DNA from: Marsupella aquatica
Lineage: Eukaryota; Plantae; Marchantiophyta
DNA length: 64,000 nucleotides
Direction of reading: 5' to 3'
Assembly: GCA_973895155.1 (NCBI GenBank)
Contig: OZ316892.1
Location: 22,917,168 to 22,981,167, forward strand
A program made the translations under genes and the position numbers. Position 1 is the first letter of the stretch. Every line of letters begins with the position of its first letter. Below, piece by piece: positions 13,301 through 27,771 of this stretch. Below the pieces are notes generated by a model. The model was not told the origin of the DNA. It made no database searches and saw only the letters and a list, made by a program, of their open reading frames with translations.

Positions 13301-13501
13301 CCAAATGGAGCCACGTTGCATAAAGCATGTATTATTTGTGATGATCTCCTTCACTCCCTGATTGAGATGAAGCATGGGAAATCCTTCTTCAAGAGGGCAG
13401 GACGAGGCAGGGGAAGAGGAAGAGGCAGAGGTAGGGGAAGAGGCCGCAGCCGAGGGAGAGGTCGGGGAGAAGACCCGCGAATGAGTTTCCGTGATTTTTA
13501 G
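7322..13501 (+). CDS. TOP3B: DNA topoisomerase III beta, ~15 exons
   Basis: Spliced exons encode MAPVVLM|[84 protein letters not shown] (catalytic Tyr), [19 protein letters not shown]-terminal Zn ribbons and an RG tail. Introns are GT-AG. Confidence 0.97.
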
Positions 13502-15135
13502 GATGTTGGCCGTAATCTGAATCATAAAGATCTTTCAGCCTTGGAGCGATGATCTGTACGCTGGGGGCTTGGAAAGCCCACCAACAAATTGAGCAGCAGC
13601 TGGTGCTTGAGTGGATAAAGAGGTGGGAGATCAGGTTTTGCCAATGTGTATCGGGGTCTCGAAGAGAAGAATGTCAAAAAACGATTCCACACGTGGAAGA
13701 CATCAACTTTGATCTCCAAGAAGTATATGGCCCTTGTTTCGGGCCCAAATTCCCATGCCAGCGTCCAGTTAATTTCCGATAGTGACACTGTTGTGAGATG
13801 TTCACCTCGATGGACTGTGCATTGAACTCATGGACATACTGGAGATATTTTCGGGGTTTTGTGTCCATGGTTATTTCCTTGCGCAGTCGCTGCAGAATAG
13901 GTGTTTTGATTTATGGTTCCACGAACTTATAATTTGTTGAGGTGAAGGCACCACGATTTGTTCAAGCAATAATGAGTGCCAATGATTGTTGCCTCGACTC
14001 ATTTTTTTCACCAGATGACGTCTCTTTTTGCACGATGATTTTGCGCTATAGTTACAACAGGCACTGATGCTGAGTCGATGTCATGTTGATCAGTAAGTGT
14101 CCTGAGGGTAAGGTCAAAATAGTAGTCGTTTAGAGAAGTAAAATGTTGAGATTTTGAGATACAGGGAAAACTTTTCTTCCTTCCGTAATGAAGAACGGAA
14201 CACATCCCCAGCTTAGACGGTCGGTATGACTTCATACAAATATTCCTCAAGACAAGTTCATAGACACGTCCCCAGCAGCGGTTTAGCTGAAGTATCTACT
14301 TCGTGATAGGTTTCTCGACAGATGCCAAATCCATTTTGTTGTCTGTTAATCAAGATTGGCAGTTGAGATTTGCACCGTCTACCCCAATTATGTGAAAAGG
14401 GTTACAGCCTAATTGACGGCTGCAAACTCTTTGGCAGCGGACCTGGGATTTCAATGCAGCAGACTTGGGGAGGTTAGTGCATGATCGTCTGAGCTTTTAC
14501 ATTACACCTGTCTTTCCTTTTCAGTACCCAATTGAAGTCATTGAAGTCCTCAATTCCTTCAGCATGATTCCTTGTGGATCACGGACTGCAGGTCCTTCAA
14601 CGGAGGGAGAAACCATCTTCCACACTAGCTGTGTTTGTTTTCAGTATCCAGATTTAAGTCATTGAAGTTCTGAAATCCCTTCAACAATATTCCTTGTGGA
14701 TCACGGGTCCAGCTCGTGTGAAGGAGAAATTTGAATGGTCTCAAACTTTTCTTCCTCGACTCTAAGAAATGGATTTTAGATTCCCGGCACGTCAACTTTC
14801 ATCCCCCAAAAAGCAGAGATCGGTAGAAAGCACCAACGGTTGAATATCATATACAAGGTGGTCGGTAAGTACTGTACATTTTCTCAGTTGTGACTGTCGA
14901 AATTATCTCCCTAATCTATTTCATAATGGATCGCATCTTCACCGACCTTCGACTCTGAAAATCGACTGCTTATCTCCAAAGGAATCAATCCAACGCTCCC
15001 GACCATTAAATCTGCTTACTGAGGACCATAAATTCCCAATCAATGGTAAATCCGGCCTCGGAATGATAGGGACTAGCAGTAACTAAATTGGACGCATATC
15101 CCATACACTAAGGCGTATTGATCCCCCTTTCTGTC

Positions 15136-18100
15136 TTAATATTGGAGTCCTGCCTCAGGGAGCCAAGAGTAGCCATCGACGAAGTTGATAGTTTGGAAGG
15201 GTGCCGCTTGAGACTTCGAGAGTTCGCGAGAGTAACTCACACGCCCCTGTGAGGTTGCACCCGGTCCATAGTTTTTGTACTCTCCGTAGAAGACAGTCCT
15301 GTAGCGGACAAATATGTTAGCCTCATTTTCACTTCTGATTGAAACAATGTTGAAACAATGTTACTTAGTACAATGTTGGACAGGGAGGTGTCTTGGAGAA
15401 TCGTAAAGCACTGAGAATTGTGCAGGGGTGCTAATTGAGATACGGCAGAAGGTGAGCAACGGAGAGTCATCATGATGATTGATAGACAAGAAGACAGTCC
15501 TGTACTGGAAAGAAATTTCAGCTTCATTTTCTCTTCTGATTGGAACAATGTTAAAAGACAATGATGAAACAACGTTACGGATTTCAGTGTTGAACTGGGA
15601 TGTGTCTCGAAAAATCGTGAAGCACAGAGAATGGTACAGGTGGGCTAACTGAGATACAGCAGACTGGAAGGTGAACAAACACGCAGTCATCATGATGATT
15701 GATAGACAAGACGACAGTCCTGTACCGGAAAGATATTCAGCTTCATTTTCTCTTCTGATTGGAACGGTGTCAAAAGCAATGTTGAAACAACGTTATTGAG
15801 TTGAACAGGATGTGTCTTGGAGAATCGTAAAGCACTGAGAATTACGCAGGTGGCTAATTGCGCGCAGTAAGAGATCAGCCACAGCTCAAAATACAGTCAT
15901 CATGATGATTGATCGACAAGGAGACGGTCCTGAACCGGAAAGAAATTTCAGCTTCATTTTCTCGTCTGATTGGAACAAGGTTAAAAGCCAATGTTGAGAG
16001 AATGTTACGGAGTATAATGTTGGACAGAGATGTGTCTTGGAGAATCGGAGAGCACTGAGAATTGTGCAGAGGGGCTAATTGAGATACACCAGACTAGAAG
16101 GTGAGCAAACACAGTCATTATGATAATTGATAGAAAAGCTTTGCAAATTAATGGAGAAGGGACAAATATTTGATTCGATGCAATGGAGAAAGAGCTTACT
16201 TATCACGCTTGGGATCGTTCCAATCCTGCCAGCCGGACGGAATGACAAGTTTTGCCAAATATGTGGAGGAGAACACCGTGCGCGAAGCACGACCCCAAGC
16301 ACGACCCAAGTAGACATATCCTGATCCCATCACCTTGCAATCCACGAAGGAAAAGCCGGTTGTCTCGCTCTTCGTCGCCCTCTTCTGGGCAGTCACAGAC
16401 CCAACTTTCACGGGTATCACTTCCAGTGTGGAGTTCTGCAGTATCAAAAACCGATGATTGCAATGCTAGTCAGTTCAGTTTTCAGTAGATTCATACGATC
16501 GCTCACTGATTCAAAGCAGCATCTGAAATAAGGTCCATCTTGTCTTCCAGTGCTTCTTCAGATGTGTCGTTGATCATGACTGTGAGGAGTATGTATCGCA
16601 TCACCCAACCAATGCCCGAAATCGGAGAAGATGGAATTATTCAAGGACAATTTTGTGACGATAGTTGGTCGCACTGCATGTCAGGGGAGTGCCTCATCGC
16701 ATTTCCATGCTTTTCACATGCATTAGAAAGTAGCAGTTCTATAAATACCCTGTCGTCGATCAAAGTCGGGAAACAGAGTCATGCTAGAAAGGCTTGATTC
16801 AGGGTGTTTCGACTTCATGTTCTGAGAGCTGTCCCGAATCGGAATTCATATCAGTGCTGTTCAATGTATCATTCTAATGTAACTTTGCTGTCGATCATTC
16901 TAATGTAACTTTGCTGAACGGTAGAGAGTGGAAGGGAAAAGTCGCTCATCGCGTGTCTACTTACGGTGTAGTAAGATTGGCCATTCCCATAGATGAAGTC
17001 GATGGAGCCCTGGATGTAACAGTCTTGGAAGTAGTGGCGTCCTGCTTTATCATACAGCGTATCTTGAAACCCGTAGAAACGCACTCTCAAAAAGGCGGCC
17101 ATGTCCCCAGTTACAGCCAACGCCGTCGCCTGCTTTCCAACTGATCCTGACTTGGGCGCAGGCGATGTGTTCTGCACGTTGATCGAGAGCAAGGGTGTTT
17201 CACTATTTTGACAATTAGAGCGATGACAATATTCAGGACTTGCTCATGGGCCAACTTCACCACGTCTAACACGATTGTAATTGATTACTTAGGCTGGAGC
17301 TCTTCATACAGTTGTGGGCTTGTCAATAAACTCTAAGAAAACAAGCGAAGTGCATTGGACTGGCTTACAAACCGGGAAATTAAAGCTGAGAAGCTTAGAA
17401 GTTGAGTGCTTTAGGTGGAGCTCATGATGTTTTCTAGATGATCTTGGGCTTGTCAATGAGTGCTAAGAAACCAAGACCAATACACCAACCTCGAGACCTC
17501 GTACACATATCGAGAACTATGATAAGTTTTGAAGGAAGCTGTTGCGAAGAGGCACATGATGGGAAGGAGATCAGAGGGTGAGTCAGCACTACAAACCACG
17601 AACGAAATGTCCACGGCAGTGAAGTGATCAGCATGGATTATAGCAGCAGCGTCAGCGACGTCGCTGCCGGATTGAGCCAGGTCCTCCTTCCACGAGATCT
17701 TCGTCTTCCCTTGCCCAGAGCCTTGCAGCGTCACGTATGGTTTGTCTTGCGGGATAACGATTTGCTCGCTGCATCGGTTCAACAAAAGCAATACTAGTAA
17801 GTATTCGATTAGGATCCTTATTGATCATTATTCCCTTGGGAAAAACTCAAGCCTGAAATCTACCAATCATCCACTGGGCTCGAAAAATTGTTAAAATATA
17901 AGTTATCGTCCTACGATCGTGACAAAGCTTGCGAAACGTCTCCAAGGACCATCCCTGCCAGTTAACAGGACATTCTTCCGTCGGAAAACGTTTGACTGAC
18001 TTGGTCGTCTTCGCTCAAAGTCGAGTTAGACGTATTTTGTACCCAATGTCAAAAGCTACATTTCACGTGCAAGACTGTGATACATAGGATGATCTTATGA

Positions 18101-19406
18101 TGTGGCCAAAGGTTGAAAGCTGTCTACGAGTGTGGAACGTTGCCAAGAATCCAGATCAAGGAATTGTGGAATGCACGGCTAAAATATTGGGAGGTGGGCA
18201 GCTAGCTTGCTACCATCGATCGCTAGCTCGCTGCAAGGTGACTACGAGTGAAATACTGAGTGTCTGGAACTTAAAATCAAGGAAATTTGGGATACAGCGA
18301 TTCCGGAAGGCAAGCAGCTAGCTAACATATATAGCTAAAGCGGCAAATTTGCAAAAGGTCAACCGAGTGTGAAATATCAGTTGTCTGAAACTTTACATCT
18401 AAGGGAATGTGGAATGCATAATTGATGGAATCTCTGGAGGCTAGTGTACGAGGTTTGCTCCAATCTGAACACGAGATGTTGGACTCAGCAACTTTTAGGA
18501 CCTAACGTACATTGTGCAGTATATATACTGTCCAAAACTCTAACAATAGTAAGGCATGTAAAACCTTTCGATTCGTGATCAAGAGCTAGCGAAAGTAGCC
18601 AGCTATATTGGTAAACTAAGTGGGATGGAGGGTTGAAACACTTGAGGCTCAACTTGTAACATCGTCTTTAGAACTTCGGCATTTTCAGCTGTCCCTATAG
18701 TAGCTAGATGCAGAGCCAACCACTGCAACCTTGCCTCGAACTCTAGATCAAGGAACTGTGGAATGCCTTGATCAAATGGAGCCCGGTGCAAACTGGTAAC
18801 AATATAGTCTCGAGCGCAGAAAAATAGAACACTTGAAGTATATTTCCTAGTCATTCAAGCAAGTGAAGTATGGGAATTCCAGGAAAGCAAGGTCGTAGAA
18901 AATTTTAAATCTAGAGGACGACCGTACCGTGGAGACCGTGAATGTGTGAAATGAGAAACTTTTGAAAACTTAGGATGAAGAAAACAAATAGAATGCACCG
19001 GTCATTAATATGGGGAATGGCAAACTTACTGGTAGATTCCGGGTTTAAGTATGATGAATACACGGCTAGTTCTCGACTTGTCCGAAGGAATGGCGTCCAG
19101 AGCATCCTGCACCTTCGTGAACTGAGCTTTCCCACCGATGTCTACAAGTAAGCTGATGTCACCGGATTTCATCTTGAGGCCGGCGTCTTTGGCAAAGAAG
19201 GGACCGGGCTTAGCGTCCTTAAATCCGTTTGTATTGACTCTACTTTCCACGCCTGTAAGCCATGCGTTGAAGGGAGCTTGCTCTTCCTCCGTTCGGAAGA
19301 CCTCATCGTCTTGGAGAGTACTCCTATCCGCTTGAGCTGGCCCAGCCAGCAATGCGAACAGAAGATTGAAGAGGACTGCTGCAGCTACCAAACCGTCCTT
19401 TCCCAT
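15136..19406 (-). CDS. Pectin methylesterase (type II, secreted), 5 exons
   Basis: Signal peptide MGKDGLVAAAVLFNLLFALLA, then FTKVQDALDA..PGIY, KQATALAVTGD, QDTLYD, GSIDFIYG, YLGRAW, TVFYGEYKNYGPGA and a TAA at 15136-15138. Exons are about 19406-19030, 17769-17599, 17177-16964, 16436-16202 and 15299-15136. Confidence 0.93.
15289..16130. repeat. ~200-220 bp tandem repeat (about 4 copies) filling the last PME intron
   Basis: gacagtcctgta...cttcattttc.cttctgattggaacaa...tgtcttggagaatcgtaaagcactgagaatt recurs at about 15293, 15494, 15713 and 15923. Confidence 0.9.
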
Positions 19407-21689
19407 TGCGTTCAGTATATGTGTCTCGATCTGATCTCTGGATGGTTCCTTAGTCTCTGTGAGCTGAAAAATGGAGTACACGCGTACACTGAGTGTGGTG
19501 ACGTCGACTGAAAGCGTCTAAGTGCTCTTCCATATCCACGAGGGGAGGAGCAACGTACAGATTGGCCGGTTGATATACCTCACGATGACAGGGATCGAGC
19601 TGGGAGCTGGGCTCGAGCTCGATCGGTGGATGCTTGCTGGAGTGATGAGCTAGTTGCTCTGAAGGAGGGCCCGGCTGATATATCGAGCCGATCCAGCACG
19701 AGAGAGCTACTGTAGCTAGTTAGCTGGTGGTTTAAGGAATCAACACGGATTGATTGCTGCATATTACCCCGACCCATGCCTCACTCTGGATAGCCAGCTA
19801 CGTTTTAGTTGTACTGGTTAGCTCGACCGGTTGTACACCGGGTCGAAGAGGACTCTTCAGCTGTATCCATCAGTCATATGTGACTGCATCATGAATGTCT
19901 CAAGCTCAAATACTGAGTCCATTTCACCCGATAGGATAAATAAAGTGACACCACTTCACTTCAGCAGTTTCTTTCTCTCACTTGATCGAGCTTCCGCATC
20001 AGCTCACTCCACTCATTGTCGCGCTCACTAGTTCACAGACTTCATTTTGAATTAAGCGGAGATTGGGGTTCTGCTGGGCCAGCTGGGAATTGGTAGGCTT
20101 TACGTACGCCACAAGCGGCAAGAACTATTTAATCTTTCCATTTAATCAGAGTTGTAAGTACCAACTCGTTGAGATCAATGGCCATTCGTGAATTCTAGAG
20201 CTTGCAATGCAGCAGCCATCCTATTAGGACCGTACGGCGTAGTAAGTGGCACTTGAAAGTTGAAACGCCCACAACCCTGGGGAGGTAGTAGGGTAGATTG
20301 AACGCTAGCTTCACATTAATGCTTGGCCTAAGATTTGGAGAAAGTCCTGATTTGAGCTTCCCGAAGTTCAGGTGGTGATGACCTTTTTGCTGTATAATTC
20401 ACAAGATGGCCGGTTCACACGAGCAGTACTTGAGTAAGTGGTCGCTGCGTAAGTTATTATTAGGGTCCAGGCATAGCGTTGTATCTTGTGGTAATGACCA
20501 ATCCGGTGATCGACCAATAAAGTAAGTTGTTTCGATTCCGTCCAAAACATTAAAAAGTATAATTCTCGTGATAGTAGAATCCCGAGTAGAATACATGCTC
20601 TGGCGCTCAGCGGCGCTTGGAGACTTTATTATTTTAAAGTTCTTGGGATTTCTCCCGAGACGGTGTCAGTCAGGTGGTCGGTTCGTCAGGCTCGATTCTC
20701 ACGGATCCGAGAAAGAGTCAATTAACTCATGCGCTAACGCGGAGAGAGTGAGCTACCAGTTAATTGGTAAATTAAAGCCATGTTCTAAGATTACTGAGCT
20801 TTCCTCCTCGTCTTCCCTACGATGGATTTCGATGTTCAGTTGGCGCTGTGTATCCCGTGCTTGTGAATCGGATGTTGTTATTTTAGTCGACCGAATTGAG
20901 TCTAAGGACAATTCCTTAGTACTTTGCACAATCATATATACCTGGACTCACACGAAGAGGTCGACATCGGAATTGGAGGGCTAGGTGGATCGACAATCCT
21001 CCGCTAGATAAATGCGAGATTGATTTCATTAGCATTGCAATTAAGCGTCCAATTTCCATTCTAAGATAATAATGCATTCCGGCTCAGTTTAGTTCAGTGC
21101 AGTGCATGAGGTGGGCCACCTACGCATATTGCCGAGCCTCTGATTACTGCTCCGAGTGTATAGGGAACCCTTTACAGTACTAAGTTGACACCATTCAGCC
21201 TAATTTAGATATGAACGGATCCTCGATCGGATATATTCTCTCTCTCTCGCATCCTCCTGGTTCTTTCTCTCCTGGTTTCCATTCATCCGTTCGCCTGGCG
21301 TCTCGGCCACCAAGCCTGCATGCATGGACAAGCTCTCAATATTCCAATCCATCTACCCGTCCCTCACGGGTTTGCTTTTATTTGCGGCGTTATCCAGCAA
21401 ACCTGGCCTGGCCGTTTCCTGACTTACTGACTCCCTAGTGCCTGGTAAAGCTATCTACACTGACCAGTACATGCAACTAAGCGTGCATCAGCAGTTCTCA
21501 TCCTAAGGTTTGCTATAGACATTACACAGGGCGGGACCTCCCTCAGAAAGTTCTCAGATGTCAGTTTGTCCATGTTCCCTTCAGGGTGTAGATTTGATGT
21601 CTCTGCTTGCATTATTGCAAACCTCGTGAATAAAGTGTACAACTGTCTACAGTCTACAGGATTGCCCAACGCAATCCATTGGTCTTCTT

Positions 21690-22050
21690 TAATATTTGTT
21701 TAGTATTTTTCTGCCTCGGAAAAGTCAAACAAATCCATTCCATGAAAGTGTTGTCTTCCAAGTTTTACTCGTCTCAGGCCATTGCTGTGGCCAAGACGGT
21801 AGAATGGATGTCTCCACCCTTGTCTATCTTTGTTTAGTGTTTTTCTGCCTGCTCGTAACAGTTCAAAGACGTAAACTCCATGAAAGTATTTCTAGCTTCC
21901 AAGTAGAACGTACTCGTCCCAGGCCATTGCTTTGGGCAACACTATAGAATGGAGTTCTTCACCTCTCTTCATTCTTTGTTTACTACAGTACTTTTCTGCC
22001 TCGGAAACCTCAAAAGAAATCCATTCCTTGAAAGTATTTTCTTCCAAGGG
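21690..22050. repeat. Degenerate ~135-145 bp tandem triplication
   Basis: tttgtttagt..ttttctgcct...ccat..gaaagt..tt..cttccaag recurs at about 21695, 21829 and 21975. Confidence 0.7.
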
Positions 22051-25000
22051 TCAACGTTCACTAGCGCACCGGGCCCAATCTTGAAGTGTCTCAGGTACAT
22101 ATCCTGCAAAATCCGAATGAGCAGAATGATCCTCGATCTATGCACTCAGTCCGACCTCTGGTTCGAGATAGAGGGCTTACTTTGCAGCATTTTGCGTATT
22201 GGACTGACAGAAAGACCACAGACTTTACTCACTGGATATGGTGTGGGGAATGATTACCATAAGTTCATAAAGTCACCGTACCGTGGATCTGTCTGGAGTC
22301 GCGTTGCAGCTGCACTTGACTTGACTTGACTGTGAAAAGGAGCAATCCTTTCTGGAATCAATCATCTCACGGACTCAGATCATAGGAGAATATCATACAG
22401 TTTCACGTGACTGACAAACTCGGTTCGGATCAATTCTTTCAATCTCGACCGCCACACTCATGCACGGATATGGCAGATCAATTTCTTTCCACACTCATGC
22501 AGCTTGCACTGCATGCACGGCTTTACTATGGTCTTCCCAAAACACAACACCATGGCCTAGTATCGAATAGTGTGTCTTCTAGTATTGATCTCAAGAGTTT
22601 GAGTTTCGACTTTTCTACGGTATAAAGTACTTTTCTGTGGTATAAAGGACTTTTTGTTCTAAAAACATTTGCGGTGAGTGTTAACATTTTCATATGATTC
22701 AAAATTTGTACCATTTGAAAGTCCTAAAAACATTTGCAGTGAATGTTAACATTCTCATATGATTCATGAATTTTGTACCATTTGTGCTCAATGTCGAAGA
22801 GTCTAGGGTCAAAACTCAAAGACATGTCTTACTTGAAAACAGCGATAATTTTGGAACACAATGTCAGGGAGTAGTTAAAAAAATTTGTGTTCAGGTTCAT
22901 ATATGTTTTTTTTTCACAGGACCTGAAAAATTCCATTTTTGAACGCGACGCCCGGGCACCGTGTTCAGGGGAAGAGGGTAGCTTCCTACCAATCCCTGAT
23001 ATGACAAGAGGAGGAGTCAATTCTGTCAAAGGTTGCGCTACGAATTCAGCTTCAATCTCAGATTTTGTTGTGAGTGACTAGCTGACTTACAATGGTGACA
23101 ATCAGGTTGGCGCAAATAGTAAATTAATTATTGAAAGTTTGAGTCCTAACATCAGACTTTAGGTGTATTTTAATGAAACATGGGAAAAAATATTCCAATG
23201 CATATGTTAGGATTACTCTTAGGATTTTGATATAAAGACTGAACGTATTTGCCTTAAGTAAAATTGCATCCAAAACTATGGAATATAATTAATAATATGC
23301 AAAACAAACAAAAACCAATTTTGTTGATCTTATTGGTGGAATTTTAACGCCTGATATGTCAAATTGAAAATGTTGCTATCTTGGACATCCATTTTTGTTT
23401 GCACCTAGCAATCTCATCCATCCATTTCAGCAGGCCATATACAGCTCAAAAGAAAGATCTTGACAAGATCTATGCCTGTGTTTTCTCCATTTACGAAAAA
23501 TGGGCATTTTTAAAAATAAAATAAAACCACATTCGTTTTCAGTTTGCCTGCTGCCCACCCTGCCTAATGGCACCCTCTAATAGTGAAAAAATCTGGCTTA
23601 CAGCAAGGCCCATTGTTCTTCCCTTTTTCTCTCTCATTATTTTGCAAGTTTTGTAAGTGTTTGGAGGTATCCATAATATGACAAAATAGTAAGTGTAAAA
23701 TCTCTACAAGAATGCGCTTTTCGTAAGATTGGAACATGGTCCAAAACACTATCGATAAGTGTCAATGCTTTTTTGCAGTGTATATTGTTGCACTTAGGCA
23801 ACCGGGTACAGAGTTTTAGGCTAGGGCAGGCATTGTATAGTCTAATGAGGCATGAGGATGCAACATTACAACTAGGGGTAGTTGTAGACATTCAATGTTG
23901 CACAAATCATATAGTGCAACCCATGAGGACCAGCAGGCACTTATGGATAAGAGCAAGATTGCCAATGTTCCACTTATCTTGTCGTGAAACTTTGTTTAAA
24001 CCCTCACTAGCCACATTACACTCATTCGTCTCCTCTTAGAAAAACCATTTTGATACACAATCTCATGAAAATTGTACTATTTATGGTGGAACCTGGTGTA
24101 TCTAGGTTTTGTCATGGCTAGTGGTAGTTTAAGTGTTTGCCACTGGCTTCTTCTCTTGAGTGTGCACTTAGAGAGTAGGGTGTAATGCAAAATCATTGGG
24201 CAACTTTCTTCTAGAGCACTGTACTGGAAGCCGAGATGAGAGACAAACCAAATCACATGTGACCATAGAACCCACACATTTTTCTGTCACCGGTCCTAAG
24301 TGATTTGGCATAGAACCACACACATTACCCACTTGTCACAGAACTCATTTACAAGCAGGAGCAGAATTTGGAGTAGAAGTGTGTGGGCTGGGATTGACCT
24401 TTAGAAAGGAAACATCCTGAATGACTTCATCACATTGATCAGTCTCACCTGCTTTGAAAGGACAGAATTGAAAGCACCTAATTCGACATCGATCGCTTTG
24501 ATTGAATTCTCGAATGCTAGGAAGACCATTCCGAGGACAATGCAAAGCACCCCACTTTGGAAGAGCTACAGGAGTCTAGCGTGAACACGTTGGCCGTGGC
24601 CATTTCATCAAGACTAGTACAGTAGACTGTCGCTGGGTTCGTTCATGCAGAAAAGGGACCAGTTGAATCAGGCTAAAGATTTCAGAGATTAAGGACATTC
24701 CATCTATCAAACTAATAATGCACTGGGTGTTGTCGTCCTATGAGTCTCGCTCCTTCTTCAAGCTGGGCCCCATGATCGTTCATAGTTTCTGCTGCCATCA
24801 CTTTTTAAACTATTGCCTAGTGCTGCAAGCCATTCTCTATCATAGTATCATCAGGTAGTACAGTCCTAGCTTAACATGATCAGCCGTCCAGCAAAATCAC
24901 AGACACTAATTTGTTGGCTGGTGCGTCTTGGGGTGTGCGGATGGATTGTTGGCTTGCTTGCTTGCGTGCATGCTTAGTAACTACACTACTACAGTCATGC

Positions 25001-26204
25001 GTCTTGGGATGGGCGCCAGCCTAGAAAGGCTCCATCGTATACCCACTTTCTGGTCAATTAGCTTAGTTCGTGGAGCTACTTTCCGATACCTCGAGCTGAC
25101 GAACTGACGAAGTGACAGACATTGAAAAACCCCTACATAGATCTGCTGGTGTGGTTCGTGTCCCAGGGCTCGAAAGCTGGGATGAGACAGCCGCCATGAT
25201 TATTTGGGGGCTGGGTGGTTTCTCTTCCTGGGCTTTATTCCCCTTCACTAAGACTATTCAATTTCGTATTTTAGGGGGTTCTAAAATTGTATTTTATTCT
25301 ATTTTAGTGTCACAGTTTTAACTACATTATCTTAAAAATACTTGAATTTATAATGATATCATATTTCACAATATGTCACAAATTTTGTATATAGTTCTTG
25401 TTGATGAACTTGCTTGTCATCCACTGTGGTACATCTATAAAAAGTTGAAATTTGTCACAATTTTTGTATATAGTTTCTATGATTATTTGGAACTTGTCAT
25501 CCATATACAAACTGTCATATAGTTATAAATGAAACAATAGAAATTACTTGTTTAGCTTTATTCTCTTTCCCTTAGATTATGTCAAGAATAATCTAAGGGA
25601 AAATTTTAGAATGTGACAGATAATGAGCTTTATTCCCTTTTTGTTGGATTAGTTCATTTTTTGTTGCATTTAAAATTGCATTTTCACTTTTGTGTGTTTA
25701 TCCAATGCATAACATGAGAGAACTAGCCCAATGCCTGTGCCTTGCATGATTAGCAAGGGTTAGGCACATATGGTGGCGAGGTGTAGAGGGCAAGGGACAG
25801 GCACGGATGGTGAGGCAAAGGGTGCATGTGGAAGTGTTTTTGGCCAGGATTTCTTCCCCCGCGATTGCGGTTCCTAAACAGGCAATGGGCGAGATTGGGT
25901 ATTGTAGTGTGTAAATGGAGACCGAAGTGTGGATGTAAAATTGATGAGTTTCCCGGCCCCAGACTTAAGGCTAGTTGGTAACTTCTGGCATATACTTTGG
26001 TGTAGTGTGAAAAATGCTTTCACAATGAAGAATGTGACTCCACATTTTCTGTGTTTTCTGATGTCCAATATATAGGGTTAGTTATGCCTCAATGAAAATA
26101 ATAACTTTTAAGTTAAAGTCCATCAAATTATGAGGTTTAAGAGCCCCTAATAAGCGTACACCCCTTCTAATCTTCTGTGCATTAGAGGTCTGGGAAAATA
26201 CTCT

Positions 26205-26535
26205 CTAACACCCAAACGAAGAGATGGTGTACAGGAGGAAAAGCTTCCTGAGGTTTAGGGTTTAAGGATTAAAAGACAAACCACATTCTCAAGACCCAAA
26301 CGAAGAGATTGGAGTACAGGAGGAAAAGCATCCTGAGGTTTAGGGTTTTAAGGATCGAGAGATATACCACATTCTCAAGACCCAAACGAAGAGATTGGAG
26401 TACAGAAGGAAAAGCATCCTGAGGTTTAGGGTTTAAGGATCGAAAGACACACCACATTCTCAAGACCCAAACGAAGAGATTGGAGTACAGGAGAAAAGCA
26501 TCCTGAGGTTTAGGGTTTAAGGATCGAAAGACATA
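26205..26535. repeat. ~85-bp tandem repeat (4 copies), each with a telobox-like GGTTTAGGGTTT, directly upstream of the DUF4602 gene
   Basis: cccaaacgaagagattggagtacagg..aaaagcatcctgaggtttagggtttaaggatc occurs at about 26211, 26295, 26381 and 26466. Confidence 0.9.
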
Positions 26536-26604
26536 CCATGGCACTGCTGCAATCGATTTGCTTTCAACATTAAGAGATCGAGATCGGTTGGGTAGGAGAG
26601 AAAG

Positions 26605-27771
26605 ATGGTCAGCTCCGGAGCTCCGATTTTCGATGGCACGAAAGGGGATCGACGGTACAAGCCAGATACACGGAAGAGGGCACGCATCGAAGGCGCAGGA
26701 GCTGGAGCAGGAGCAGGAGCAGCTAGTGATGGTGATGGAAGTAGGAAGCAAGAGTTTAGACAGATTCTGGAAGAGGTGCAGAAATTCGGTGAGGAAACCT
26801 ACTTTTCGACCTAAACCTCTGTTTTGAATGTCCATTCGTCGATTCGATTGGTCTCGTGTGTTATTTCTTTCTTATATCATTCCCTCCAACCTGAATTGTC
26901 TTGGACTAGTACAATATCGCTGAATTTTCCACTCTTGGCCGTTTTAGGAACATCGCAATTAAGTTGGAAAGAGCGCAAGGAATTGGAATCGAAGAAGCTT
27001 GTTGCTCTTGGTGGTAAGGTTAGTCGTCTTCTCCACAACTCGGAAAACCTCAATATGGATGGATGGGACCTCGAAGTTTCACTCTCCTGCCTGAATTACG
27101 AGGGTTCGTAGGATGGAAAGGCAGTGCAATCTCGTTCGCGTTCAAATAGCAAGGAAGGGCAGTGAAACAGAACACTAGACCGCCATACGTAACCTTTTTG
27201 GTTTGATATACTGGAAACCTTTAGAGTATGCTTTATGCATCCGACTTAACAGTACTGACGGTGTGGTAAACTTCAACAGCCTGCGAAAAGTTTCAAGATG
27301 CCCATTTCCATGGGGCTGGCAATAAAACGAAAGAGAGAGAAACTAGAAGCTGAAAAAACGGAGCAGGTGAATTCTCTTCTTGACCCTTGATGCAAGTTGA
27401 ACTGTGGTTTAACAGAGCTCAATTATGAAACTGGAGAAATTTCTATGATACTACCTAGTGTGGATTTTAATGGCTGGATTGTTTGCACTGAACAGGATAT
27501 ATTAGCTGGTTTTCTTCCAGCAAAGCGAAAGAAGAAAACTTCTCTTCGAGAAAGCAATGATGATAAGGGCCTGAGGCTTTCCGAGGGCAAGTTTAAAGGA
27601 GGTGTTTTGTATGTTCAAAAGCCTGAAGCCAAAGCGGCTGGAGGTGAGAAGCGTGGAAGAGACCGAGCACTAGACAGAGTTTTCAACGAGGGAGGATCAA
27701 AGAAAGCAGGAAAATCCAAGAAGGGGAAAGGCAAAAAAGGAGGAAAGAAAGGTGGCAAAAGAAAGCGATGA
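26605..27771 (+). CDS. C1orf131/DUF4602-like lysine-rich (SSU processome-associated) protein, 4 exons
   Basis: The spliced product reads EFRQILEEVQKFG|TSQLSWKERKELESKKLVALGGK|PAKSFKMPISMG...|...GLRLSEGKFKGGVLYV with a K/G-rich tail. Exons are about 26605-26788, 26949-27018, 27280-27366 and 27496-27771. Confidence 0.75.

Noticed and set aside
13395-13470. GA-rich repeat encoding RGRGRG
   Set aside because: This is the normal RG tail of TOP3B.
25723-26077. Possible small minus-strand Helitron (CTAG next to a degenerate hairpin)
   Set aside because: The hairpin is imperfect and the 5' TC end is unclear, so support is too weak.
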